DNA from: Histomonas meleagridis 2922-C6/04-290x
Lineage: Eukaryota > Protista > Parabasalia
DNA length: 64,000 nt
Direction: 5' to 3'
Assembly: GCA_020184695.1 (NCBI GenBank)
Contig: JAANOX010000095.1
Location: 124,001-188,000 of the forward strand
Shown here: piece after piece, positions 22,686 through 34,673 of the stretch
Numbering within the stretch: position 1 is the stretch's first letter
How the letters are laid out: each line of letters starts with the position of its first letter
Notes under the pieces: generated by a model
What the model saw: only the letters and a program-made list of their open reading frames with translations
What the model was told of the DNA's origin: nothing
Databases searched by the model: none
Made by a program: the position numbers and the translations under genes

Positions 22686-24856
22686 TTGTTTTTGATGCTC
22701 AAAAACTGTTTATTGAATTTAATTTATCAAATTGTTTCAAAAGAGAAAGTCAAATTTAAAATTTTACCATTTTTATTTGTTTTCTTTTATCAACAAATAT
22801 TTTCAGCATACAATAGTAGTACTAAAACATTAACAATAATTAATTCAAATGATTATGCAACTAGAAATTCATATCAACAGAATACAAAATATCTTATAAT
22901 TCAAGGAGGAATTAATACAATAAATTCCAACTCATTTTCAGGATGGCCTTCTTTAATTTCTGTTGATATCGAGAATGCAATTATATCAATTGGATCTAAT
23001 GCTTTTGATAAATGTGAATGTCTTGAAACAGTATTTATTGGTGAATATGTAGAAACGATTGGAAGTTATGCATTTTTCTAATTGTGTTAAATTAATTAAT
23101 ATTACAATTGGTAATAATGTAACAATGATTGGAAGTTATGCATTTTCAACATGTTCTTCATTAATCAATATAACGATACCAAATTTTGTTACATCAATTC
23201 AAAGTTATACGTTTTCTTCATGTATTAAATTAGAAAATATTAATATTGGAGAAAATGTAGGTTCTATTAATGAATATGCATTTTTTTCATGTATTTCATT
23301 ACAAATTATTACAATTCCAAAATCAGTTTATACTATTGAACAAAATGTTTTTGCTAATTGTACTAAACTTTATTTTATTAATGTATCTAAAGATAATTTA
23401 AATTATGCAGAAAAAGATGGGATTCTTTATGATAAGAATTATACAGAAATTGTTTATTATCCATTAGGAAGATCAAATGACATGATAAAAATTTCAGATT
23501 CACTTATGAAAATTGGAAATACGGCATTTAAACAATGTATTAAATTAAAAAAAATTTATATAGGTGAAAATATAACAACAATTGGAGCATATTCTTTTGA
23601 AGAATGTATTAATTTAGAAATTATTATCTTTGGTAAAAAAGTGAATTCTATTGGAGCTTCAGCATTTTCTAAATGTTCATCAATAATAAATATCACAATT
23701 CCTGATTCAACAATATCGATTGAATCTGGTGTATTTCAATATTGTTCATCATTAAGAACAATTATTATTGGCCAAAATGTAAATTCTATTGGGGATTCAG
23801 CATTTTCTAACTGTTCATCATTAATAAATATCACAATTCCTGATTCATTAACAAGGATTGAATCTGGTGTATTTCAATATTGTTCATCATTAAGAACAAT
23901 TATTATTGGCCAAAAAGTGAATTCTATTGGGGATTCAGCATTTTCTAAATGTTCATCATTAATAAATATCACAATTCCTGATTCATTAACAAGGATTGAA
24001 TCTGGTGTATTTCAATATTGTTCATCATTAAGAACAATTATTATTGGCCAAAATGTAAATTCTATTGGGGATTCAGCATTTGCACAATGCAGTAATCTCA
24101 CATGTATTTACTTTTTAGGTTATATAACACCAATAATCGAAGATAATGCTTATGATGAAATTGTAACTAATTTTTGTTATGACATCCGATTTATATCAAA
24201 ATGAAACATTTGGTAAACTTAACATATCCAAAGGAACGCCAATTGATGAATGTGATCAACATCCTTGGTCAACACATACATTTACAAAATCAAATACATA
24301 TACAAACACATTCACTCAATCAAATACATATACAAACACATTTACAAATACATTTTCGAAATCAAATACATTCACTCAATCAAACACAATAATAACTAAT
24401 TTATATTCATATACATTAACATATTATATATATTTAACACAATCATATTCTGTTTACACAATGTATTTAACAAATTCTTTATTACTTACATTATATAATA
24501 CATGTTACTCTTATATTTCTACAGAAATAATACACTATGAATACACAATTATTCAGTATTCTTTCTATAACTTAGATTATTCTTTGATAATGTTTACATA
24601 TTATCAAACTCAATCTCAGCCAACTAAAAAGATTTCAACTAATGCATTAATAGGCATTATCTGTGGTTCAATTATAGCTGTTTTATTGATCATTGGAATA
24701 ATAATTTTTACAATTCGAAGAAGTAAGAAAATCCCAATCAAAACTACTGAAATCCTTTCTGAGTCTTCATCAGACGATGAAAAGCAAACCATACATATTA
24801 ATGATGAATTTAACAATGCAATACAACATGATGAAGATCAATGGTTAATACAATAA
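22686..24856 (+). CDS. BspA-like protein, tandem copy 4, with fewer LRR units and a different stalk/TM/tail
   Basis: LRR region nearly identical to copies 1-3. From about 24330 the sequence switches to a different C-terminus (TM ALIGIICGSIIAVLLIIGIIIFTI, tail ...HDEDQWLIQ*). Confidence 0.85.
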
Positions 24857-25820
24857 AGAGATTTTAATCTAAAAATAAAAAAGATTAAATTTTAACCAAT
24901 AAAAGTAATTAAGATTTTTAATGGTATTTGTTTTGGTGTGAATTTTAATTAAAAATTTCTTCTTTTGTAAAATATTTAAACTCTGAAACTTTCAAGGATA
25001 GGACGATACGTTCAGTTTGACTTTAAAAAGTTGATACACTGTGAAAATTTGAATACTTTATTTTACATCAAATTAAAATGCTTCCGCAGCCAATTCCCTG
25101 TTTCAGCTCCAATTCATTCACCTTTGTATTATTCGGTTGTGATTGTGCTTGTTTTAAGCTCCATTAATGGAGGAGCCCAATACATTACGATTTGACTTGA
25201 TATCATTTGAAAACAAATTTTATTATGTTGTAAAGACAAAAAGCAAATTTATAACACTGTTTAGTACAAACAACAAATTAAACATAATATTCAAGATATC
25301 CAATGTTTCTATTATTACGAGAAATAACTCAGATGAGAATCCATGAATCAAAAGTGATCCAAATATTAAATACGCCCGATCATTTTCACAAGACACAGAT
25401 ATATAAACATCATAAAAATATTTGATAACATTCCAATTCGTCAAAAAGAAATCACAACACAACAAAGCAAAGAAGAAGAATATAAACATTTAAAGTATCC
25501 CATTAAAACAACATCATCAACACTTAACATTATATTGAAATAAACATTGTACCACTCGTAGAATTCTCTTCAAATTCAGATACAAATCTTAGATAAACAT
25601 TAAGAACTTTCATATAATTCAAAATGAAATTGTTCAAACGAAAAACTTCAAGAAATAATTTTGCAAAATATGTTTTATTTACACAACACTGAATGAATGA
25701 ACAGAAATGAAATTTCATCATAATTTTGTTGGAGCCAATCCACAACACATTTTCCATATAACGTTTCTGAATATCAAATCTTTTTATTAAATGTTCAAAT
25801 CAAAACCAAGTTGACTTGTT

Positions 25821-26460
25821 TCAGTTTTCTTGATCTTCCTGGTTCTGGTTCTGCGCATCTGCGTCCTGGTTCATGGACTTGCGTATGTGGCCCAGCAAGT
25901 ACGTGAACAAGTCCTCAGGCTCCTCCAAGTGCGGGAAGTCTCCGCCCTTCTTCATCAGCGCGATTTTGCAATCAGAGAATGTCGACGATGAAATAAAAGG
26001 GGTAATGATTTGCAGCTTTCGGTCGAGAGGCTCGATTGACATTATCCTTTGCTTGTCGACGTTGACCTTTAGCGGGAGAGATTGCGACATTCGCAATTGT
26101 ATCTTTTGCGCGACATTCTTTTTGTCGGCGTACGCATACGATTTGGTCTCGTACCCAATGCCGGCATCCGGATTGCTTTAGCTCTTCCTCCAACTTCGAT
26201 TTGGCAATAAGATAGCCGAAGACTGAAAATGATGAAATGGAACGTGGAATAAAAAATGAGTTCTCTGTGTATGAGTTTGTGAGCGTAAGCGTCTCGATTT
26301 TTGCGGGAAATTGTGGATAGGCTTGGATTTGAAGGCAAATGAATCCGCCTAAATCACAGCCAACAAGATGGACCTTTTCTAAGTGAAGGTATAAGCAGAA
26401 CTGTCTTATTGTTCGCATGAGGTCGGTGAATTGCGCATGATGTTGATCAAAATGTTTATT
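25821..26460 (-). pseudogene. Maspardin (SPG21)-like alpha/beta-hydrolase fold gene, frameshifted and 5'-truncated
   Basis: LHLEKVHLVGCDLGGFICLQ and LTLTNSYTENSFF (ORF 25972..26418) plus MKKGGDFPHL (ORF 25821..26096) parallel maspardin LDKVHLFGASLGGF, LILCNSF and LKTGGNFPYL. Confidence 0.65.
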
Positions 26461-26899
26461 CGATAGTAATATATTATGTCTCCAATCTAAATATAATGTC
26501 GAAGATAATTTCCAATGTTGTTCTTTATTAATATTAATACTTAATGAATAATTAATTTCGAATTCTTGTAATAAATCTTTATATATCTTTTGATCATGTT
26601 CTTGATTGTGTAAATTATATAAATGTTGTTGTTTAATTGATTTGGAGAAGTTGCCTTATTGAATTTAAATTATTTGTTACAATCATTTTCCAAAACTTGT
26701 CAAAACTTTTATTTTAACGTTCGTTTCATACCACAAGAAGAATTGGATCTCGTTTAAATTGGTGATATTTTTACTTATGAAAGAGTAGTTGATTAAGTCA
26801 GAAAAAAAATCAAAATTTTTTTTGTCTTGGATTCCATATTAGATGCCAAAAATATCAGTAAAATATTAATCTTTATAGAGTTTAAACAAAAAATCAATT

Positions 26900-27475
26900 T
26901 GTGCTAATTTTGGTTTATAGTTTTTTTTGTTCATTAATTTGATTTTATTATATATTGGCTTATTTTTTTCTGCTTTTCTACGTAAAAAAAATACTAAAAT
27001 CACAGTTGCTGTAATAATTACAGCAGTGACAATCCCAAAAATCAAAAAAATTTTCTTTGTAAGCTTACTTTCGCTCTTTGGTGTGGGTTCTTCTGATGTA
27101 TCTTATGGACAATCAATAGGTTCTGGTTTATATTGCCCGACTGGTTCTGGATCAACCTCAGGATAATTTTATGGAGGATTTTCTGGAGGATATCCATGAG
27201 GTGCATCCATCTATTATTGGTCAATAATCTTAATCAATTTCTTAAAGATAAATAAAAATAATGTTATCTTCTGAACATTGAATATTATTAGAAGACTTTC
27301 GACAATTTAATGTGTATGGATTTTTTGTTGTCTTATATTGTGTTGCAAGTGGATATAACCATTCATCTTTATTATTAAAAAAATCTTTTACTGTTTTCAT
27401 ATTCATTTTTGCTTTTATTTTAATGATATAATTAGGTTTTTCATTATAAATTGAATTTAAACTTGATGACACCAA
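26900..27475 (-). pseudogene. Decayed type I membrane protein C-terminus (Pro-rich linker, TM, basic tail)
   Basis: Minus-strand reading ...PPENPP*NYPEVDPEPVGQYKPEPIDCP*DTSEEPTPKSESKLTKKIFLIFGIVTAVIITATVIFVFFLRRK... with several stops. Confidence 0.55.
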
Positions 27476-27962
27476 AGTGAATGTTCTTGTAGCATAAAAA
27501 AAAAATAATATTTTTGCGAATTAATATAGAGGAAATAATATAATTTTCATTGAAAACAGAATGATTTGACTCCATCTGTTATAAAAAAAAATTATATCAC
27601 CATAAATAAAAACTAATATATTATTTTATCTATATCATATTTTTTTAATAAATTCGATAAATAAATAATTTTCCAGATCATAGATAATATAAATATATAA
27701 AAAAACGATAGTATCACACTTTTTTATTTCAGACCTTAAGATTAAGGAAATTGATGTTGGTTATAAATTAATGTTTATTTCATTTAAATAGAATGTATAA
27801 AGATATGTTCAAATTAACTTTTTATCACATATATATGGATGCATTTTTAAAAAAATATTAATATTTTTATATCAACTATTACCAGTCTGGAGATCATATA
27901 TTGAAAAAGAAAACAAAGATAATAAAAAATGCCAAATTTAAAAGTGTCAAATATCCAACCTG

Positions 27963-28733
27963 ATGCTTTCTCAACACCAAAAAGAATTTGTATCATTTAT
28001 TAAATGGCAAATCGAACAAAAAATATTTGATATTAATGGTAAATACGTTTTTCATGAATATTGAATGTTTAACAATTTTTTTTGGAATTAATATAAAATT
28101 AATGAAACAGCACTTCATTGGGCAACACGCCTAGGTCATTCTGAAGTTACAAAAGTTATTCTTTTACAAGAAGGAATTGATATTAATGCTAAAGATATTT
28201 ATTTGTTTTATTTGATATTTATTTAAATAATTTGATATTTCAAAATAATATTTGGAAATTATTTAAATTATTTAATACAGCACTTATTTATGCATCTTCA
28301 GAAGGTCATACAGAAATAGCTAAATTACTTCTTGAACAAGAAAGAACTGATATTAATGCTAAAGGTATTTATTTGTTTTATTTGAAATTTATTTTAATAA
28401 TTTTGGTTTTCAAAATAATATTTGGAAATTATTTAAATTATTTGAAACAGCACTTATGAGAGCATCTGAAAAAGGTCATACAGAAATAGTTAAATTACTT
28501 CTTGAACAAGAGAATATTGATATCGATGCTAAAGATATTTATTTGTTTTATTTAAAGTATTTTTAAAAAATATAAAATTTCATATAAACATTTGGAATTA
28601 CTTTCAAACATATAAAACAGCGCTTATAATAGCATCAAAAAATAAAAATGCAGATATTATTCAGTTGTTTGTCAACAAAATTCAACATCATAAATGTGAT
28701 GACATAATAAAATTAAAAGATTCTCAAGGATAA
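27963..28733 (+). other. Short interrupted ankyrin gene: N-terminal module plus 4 ankyrin modules with linkers; stop at 28731-28733
   Basis: ATG 27963 (MLSQHQKEFVSFIKWQIEQKIFDINGKY), 60-nt linker containing TGA, modules at 28107, 28277, 28447 and 28617 (period exactly 170, linkers 80 nt), terminal TALIIASKNKNADIIQLF...SQG*. Confidence 0.8.
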
Positions 28734-29551
28734 AAGAGGAAATATTTAAATATTGAAATAAACATTTCCTAAATTCAGTTTGTTTGAATACGTTATTATT
28801 AACGCATGAAATTTGATCAATATTATTATTATATGAATCAAAATTTGATAAATAGAATATTTTATATCATATTTCATTGTATGATATTCATATAATTTGA
28901 TGATAATTTTTGTGAAAAATATAATGAAAAAAAAAATTATAGAATATCATTCATTTAATAACACTAAAAATTATTTACTCTTAAAGTTTAATGGAATTCT
29001 ATTGAGTACATTTGTTCTTGAGTCGAAGTACATCGTTACGACTGCGTCCTGTAACTCGAATGTCCTTAAAATCCTCAAACACGGAAAACTTATCAATGTC
29101 AACGTGTTATTTAACAAATAACAAAAAATCAATATATAAAGAAAGATAATACCAATTTATTTAATTCATGAAGAAATTTTATTAGTTCTTAAATTTGATC
29201 AAGCTTAAATGACTAGACCATTTGTAAAGAATATATAAATTCTTTCATTTCTGTTCTAGAACATTTAAATTTATTATGGTCAATTTCTATTGATTCTTTA
29301 AAAAATTAATATTTTAAACAAAAAAGTCTTTTTACCTTTTAAATTAATAATTCATAAAATCCAACATAAGTTGTTTAATTCCATAAATTGTTTTTATATT
29401 ATCAAAAAATAAAACAAAACCAATCGTATCGGTTTCACTTTTTGAACATGATTCTATTAAAACCGATCAAAAATTGCATTTTTTACAACCAGTTTAAACA
29501 AAAAAATTGATTAAAATTAAGAAAATTTTTATTTATATATTAAAAAAAGAT

Positions 29552-32500
29552 TTATCCGAAATCAGACACCACAGCTGACGTAAGTAGAATATGTTCATTA
29601 ATTTCAGCTCTCAGTAATCGATTCTTTCGGTTTTTCCGATATAACAATATTGAAACGACGACAATAATTATTACCAACGCGACAGCGCCAACAGATATTC
29701 CTATGATCATTGGCATTTGGTTTGGTTTTGTATCTTTTGTGTAATTACAAACATCGAAATAGTTATCAGGTTTGATTGCAAGAATTTTATTCCATTCATT
29801 TGAGTTATTTATATTATAATTATTATAGTTATTAACATAAGGTAAACATAACGTAATATCATAAACATAATGCCCATTTTTGTCTTTAATCCTTAGACCT
29901 GTACTTTCGAAAATTCGGGAATTAAAATCTGGCGGTTCTTCAGGTAATGAAATAATAGAAAGTGAAGAACATCTTTCGAAAATATCTTCAGAAGATTTAG
30001 GAATCGTGCGTATTATAGGCATATGGATTAATTTTAGTGAAGTACACTTCTTAAATTGATGATCACCTTCAATGTTAAGTAAACCATCCAAAATAACGGT
30101 TTCCAAGTTTATGCAATTTTCGAATACGTTACCTTCTATCGTCGCCAGATTTTTCAATTCAATTTTTTCCAGACTTCTACAGTTTAAAAAAGAAGACGAT
30201 TTCAATGTTACAACGTTATCAATTAAAATTTCTTTCAAAGAAATGCAGTCTGCAAAACAACGATCGGCAATAACTTTAACATTAATTAAGTAGACCTGAA
30301 TTAGGCCCTCACATTTTTCGAATGCTGAAGAGTTTGCATATAATAATTTGGGAGACACTATTTTGCACAAATTTGTGCAGTTTTTAAATGAACTTTCCCC
30401 AATATTTTCAAGTAGATATAAATATGCATTTCTTATAAGGATGCAATTTTCGAATGCAGATTCACCGATTGTTACCAAGCTTGGGAAAGGTTCGCTAATA
30501 AATGTATTCTTAAATGAATATTTACCAACAACTTTAACAAAACCTAAATTTATATATCTTAAGTTTTGACAATTTTCGAATGCTGAATCTCCAACATATG
30601 AAACATAATCATTAGGAGAAACATAATATAAATAAAGGCAATTTTTAAAACAGTTATTTGGTATATATTTAAGAGATGAAAAATAAAGTAATTGTAAATA
30701 ATAACAATTTTCAAATGATGAAATACCCATATCTGTAAGACGTGAAAAATTAAGGAATGATAGACTTGTACAATTCATGAACGAATAATTACCAATTATT
30801 CGTAAATTTCTAGCACCTACTACGAATAAATTTTCGCAGTTAGAAAAAACATTTTGTTTGATTTCAATTACATTCGGTATTTGTACTTCTTTAAGGTTAT
30901 TACATGAATAAAATACTCCATCTTCTAAAACTGTTACCAATTTATTATAAAATAATTCTAAGAACATGCAATATGCAAAACATTTTGATCCGATAACTTT
31001 TAATTTTGGGAAATCATTATTTTTAATCGTTGAATTCATAAAACATTCTTTACCAAGAATTTCGACATTCGAAATATTTATGGTGATAAGACCGTTTTGA
31101 TCTTTAAAACTTTCATCACCAATTTCACGTATGTTATCTGCTCTAAATTCCATTAAATTTGTATCTTTAAATACTCCTTTACCAATGTATTCTAGTTTTG
31201 ATGATGTCATTGATTTAAAATAACTACAATTTTGAAATGCAAAATCCCCACAATATCTTAATGATGGGAAACTATCTCCGATACAATTACTAAATGCAAA
31301 TGAATAAGTTCCAATATATTCTAAGTTAGGGAAAATTACTTTATTCATACTGGAATTATAAAAACATTTGTCGCCTATTTTGGTTATATTAAATGAAATT
31401 GTTGGTGAATTATTTTGAGAATTAATTGTCGTGTTTTCAAAACATGAGTTACCAAATTCATTGCATTTAGGTAAATAAATCGTTTTAATAATTTGATTTG
31501 CAAATAAATAATCAGAAACGTTTTCAAGATTCGGAAGTTTAAAGTTTTTAATAGTGTTTTGTCCTTGGAATAAAAAGTTTTTACATTTTATTAAGTTTGG
31601 AGCTTCAAATGAATCTAAATAATCACATGAAGCAAATACATATTGTCCTGCTTCAATAAGATTTGGTAAAAAACAGTTTCTTAAAAAGACGCATTTCTCG
31701 AAAACATTATCACCAATTACTTTTACGTTTGGTAAATTAATTGTTACAAGTGATATACAATTTGAAAATGCTAAATCGCCAACATATATAACATTTAAGA
31801 AATTAATTGACTTTAAATTACTACAAAATGAAAATGAACATGTAAAAATGTTTTTAAGATTGTTTAAATTAAAAGCTTCTAAATTAATACATTCATAAAA
31901 ACAATTTTTGGAACAATTCTCTAATTTAGGGAATGAAACATATTTCAAGTTTAAACATTGAATAAAACATTTTTCACCAATCGAAGTAACTTCTGGTAAT
32001 GATATATTTTCTATACTTATACATGCTTCAAACACGAAATCTCTAATTGTTTTAACATTTTCGCCTAGTTTTATTGCAATTAAACTAGTGCATCCAGAAA
32101 AAACAGACATTTTAAATGTATCAACTGAATTTGGAATAACAATTTCTTTTAATGAACTACATTCAGAGAATAAAAATTGGTTCAATACTGTAATTGTATT
32201 TGGAATTGTTATATTAGTTAATGAAGTACATTTATCAAAAACACGACTTTCAATTTTTGTTACTGAGTCAGGAATTATAATATTATTTAATGAAGAACAT
32301 TCAGCAAATACATTACCTTTAATTGTAGTTATAGTATTTGGAATTATAATACTCTCTAAAGAAGAACATCTCATAAATAAAGCAAAATCAATTTCTGTAA
32401 TTGATTTTGGAATAGTTATATTTTTCAATGAATTACAATTAAGGAAAACATATGAACTAAATGTTTTAATATTATCATTTGTTATAACTGTTTCTAAACT

Positions 32501-33715
32501 ATAACATAGTTGAAATGCTGCTTTATAAATTGTAACAACAGAGTCTGGAATTGTAATAGTTTTTAATGATGAACAATCAGAGAATGAATAATTTCCAATT
32601 GCGATAACTGAATTCGGAATTATAATTTCTTGTATTGAACTACAACTTGAAAATAAATTATCACTTATTATTGTAATTGATTTTGAAATTGTTATATTAG
32701 ATAAAGAAGTACATCGTTCAAAAACATGGCTCTCAATCGATGTGACTGAGTCAGGAATTGATATATTATCTAATGAAGTACATCCAGCAAATGCGCAATA
32801 TTTAATTGTTGTCACTGTATTTGGAATAACTATAGTTTTTAATGAAGCGCAGTTATAAAGTAAATCTATATCAATTATTTTGATATTTTCACTTAAAATA
32901 ATTGTTTCTAAATCATAACATTCATAAAACGTAAGTTCACCAATTTCAACAACTGAGTTTGGAATGATAATGTTTTTAATTGATGTGCATTGTGTAAATA
33001 CAGCTTTCCCAATTGTTTTAACATTTTCGCCAATTTGTACTGTTTCCAATTTTGAACATCCATACAACGCTTCGTACATAATTGAGGTAACTGAGTTTGG
33101 AATGATAATGCTTCTCAATGATATGCATTCCAAAAACGCAAATTTCCCAATTGTTTTAACATTTTCGCCAATTTGTACTGTTTCCAATTTTGAACATCGG
33201 TAAAATGCTTCGTCCATAATTGAGTTAACTGAATCTGGAATTATGATTTGTGTAAACGAACATTCATAAAATACTGAAGTATTAATTGTGTCAAGCATGT
33301 TTGGCATGGTAAAATTCTGTAACTCACTGCATAAAGAAAATGCACTTGACCAAATTGAAGAAACTGAATTAGGTATTGTAATGCTTATTAATAAAGTACA
33401 TTGTTTAAATGCCCCTGTTTGTATGACTTCAAGACCTTCACCTATGGTTACAGTCTTTATGTTGGCACATTTAAAAAAAGCAAAACTTTCAATTGTTTTC
33501 ACATTATTTCCAATTTCTACAGATTCAAGTTGAGACCATGTTTCAAATTGCCTTTGTGGAACTACTTCAACATCACCATATATGATAACATGCTTTGCGG
33601 AATTTTTAGATGTATTTGTAAAATCTATTTTTTGTTTAATAATTAAAGTGAAATTCTCCTCTATGTATTCTGTCTTTGCATGTGTTACAAGCATAATAAA
33701 AAATAAATGAAGCAT
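29552..33715 (-). CDS. Large BspA-like (TpLRR) surface protein, intact, with C-terminal TM
   Basis: 1387 aa; about 23-aa ITIPNSV..I...AF..C.SL repeats, then about 22-aa LP.L..IG..AF..C repeats; TM IIGISVGAVALVIIIVVVSILLY; ends VVSDFG. Confidence 0.92.
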   Translation of the reverse strand: MLHLFFIMLVTHAKTEYIEENFTLIIKQKIDFTNTSKNSAKHVIIYGDVEVVPQRQFETWSQLESVEIGNNVKTIESFAFFKCANIKTVTIGEGLEVIQTGAFKQCTLLISITIPNSVSSIWSSAFSLCSELQNFTMPNMLDTINTSVFYECSFTQIIIPDSVNSIMDEAFYRCSKLETVQIGENVKTIGKFAFLECISLRSIIIPNSVTSIMYEALYGCSKLETVQIGENVKTIGKAVFTQCTSIKNIIIPNSVVEIGELTFYECYDLETIILSENIKIIDIDLLYNCASLKTIVIPNTVTTIKYCAFAGCTSLDNISIPDSVTSIESHVFERCTSLSNITISKSITIISDNLFSSCSSIQEIIIPNSVIAIGNYSFSDCSSLKTITIPDSVVTIYKAAFQLCYSLETVITNDNIKTFSSYVFLNCNSLKNITIPKSITEIDFALFMRCSSLESIIIPNTITTIKGNVFAECSSLNNIIIPDSVTKIESRVFDKCTSLTNITIPNTITVLNQFLFSECSSLKEIVIPNSVDTFKMSVFSGCTSLIAIKLGENVKTIRDFVFEACISIENISLPEVTSIGEKCFIQCLNLKYVSFPKLENCSKNCFYECINLEAFNLNNLKNIFTCSFSFCSNLKSINFLNVIYVGDLAFSNCISLVTINLPNVKVIGDNVFEKCVFLRNCFLPNLIEAGQYVFASCDYLDSFEAPNLIKCKNFLFQGQNTIKNFKLPNLENVSDYLFANQIIKTIYLPKCNEFGNSCFENTTINSQNNSPTISFNITKIGDKCFYNSSMNKVIFPNLEYIGTYSFAFSNCIGDSFPSLRYCGDFAFQNCSYFKSMTSSKLEYIGKGVFKDTNLMEFRADNIREIGDESFKDQNGLITINISNVEILGKECFMNSTIKNNDFPKLKVIGSKCFAYCMFLELFYNKLVTVLEDGVFYSCNNLKEVQIPNVIEIKQNVFSNCENLFVVGARNLRIIGNYSFMNCTSLSFLNFSRLTDMGISSFENCYYLQLLYFSSLKYIPNNCFKNCLYLYYVSPNDYVSYVGDSAFENCQNLRYINLGFVKVVGKYSFKNTFISEPFPSLVTIGESAFENCILIRNAYLYLLENIGESSFKNCTNLCKIVSPKLLYANSSAFEKCEGLIQVYLINVKVIADRCFADCISLKEILIDNVVTLKSSSFLNCRSLEKIELKNLATIEGNVFENCINLETVILDGLLNIEGDHQFKKCTSLKLIHMPIIRTIPKSSEDIFERCSSLSIISLPEEPPDFNSRIFESTGLRIKDKNGHYVYDITLCLPYVNNYNNYNINNSNEWNKILAIKPDNYFDVCNYTKDTKPNQMPMIIGISVGAVALVIIIVVVSILLYRKNRKNRLLRAEINEHILLTSAVVSDFG

Positions 33716-34673
33716 GTATTATAAAGGTTGGGGTGTGGGTTTTGAATTGTCGGTTTATTGTAGGAACAATAAAAAGTGGACACCTAAAAATAAACGATAA
33801 TGTATTTGAATGGATTGCACGCGAGAATTATATGTAACCATTCATCAACAAAGATTAAAGCAACGTTTTCTCTTTACCCCTTTTATAGACTTTTTATACA
33901 TTTTCGTTTTTGATTTAAACTCCAGTGCAGCTCGTTAAATCATTTGGTCTCTCATTTGTGATTTCGTACGAAATTTAATCATTTTATCCATCGCATTTTG
34001 GCTACTAACACACTCATATGGTTTCGTATCTCATTTATTCATTGTTATCTCATTTTATCTCTCTCTTTCAAACATCTGTGATCCACTTAATCATTTTTGC
34101 ATTTTTATCTATTTTGTTTAATTTTTTACTAAAAAATTTTTAGTATGTATCTTATAATAGTTCTTGTTTTTTTGAATCTTTAGTTATATGTTTGTATTTG
34201 TTGTTTAACTTTTTTGGTTTATTCTTTCAGTTTTTGAATATAAATCCGATGATTTTTCATTCATTTGATTCTATCGTTGGAAATCTGCATCCAGTTTATT
34301 AAAAATATCCTTATGCTAAAATGTACATACTTTTTTTTCATCCAACATTATTTTACTATCATTCTTTCAATAGATATGTGAATTTAAATTTTCTAATGTT
34401 TTATTTATTATTCATAAATCTTTGATTCACTTTCTTTTTCAGCATATGATATTTATTAAAATTTTATATTTATAAACCAGAATATGAAACACAAAAACTG
34501 TGAAGAAATTCTAAAAATCAATAATTTATATGATTTTGTTAGCTTCTCATATCCTAATATCATAATTTTTTCATCAAAATCCAATGTTTTGCTCCATTTA
34601 TTTTTTATCTAACAAATTTAATTATAGCAAAATGACATCTAAATTATTTTTTTGCTACTAAAATTGACAAGGT

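Larger units (their letters stand above)
11880..24330 (+). repeat. Tandem segmental repeat, unit about 3.63 kb (BspA gene plus intergenic DNA)
   Basis: Equivalent stop codons at 14603, 18239 and 21865 (spacing 3636 and 3626 nt); intergenic sequence is also repeated. Confidence 0.95.

Noticed and set aside
11837-24204. BspA frameshifts as programmed phase variation
   Set aside because: They fall mostly in A/T homopolymers and differ between otherwise near-identical copies. This is the pattern expected from long-read consensus errors, so it cannot be claimed without raw reads.
33800-34330. Possible decayed coiled-coil gene on the minus strand
   Set aside because: Many stops and no recognisable domain; too weak to annotate.
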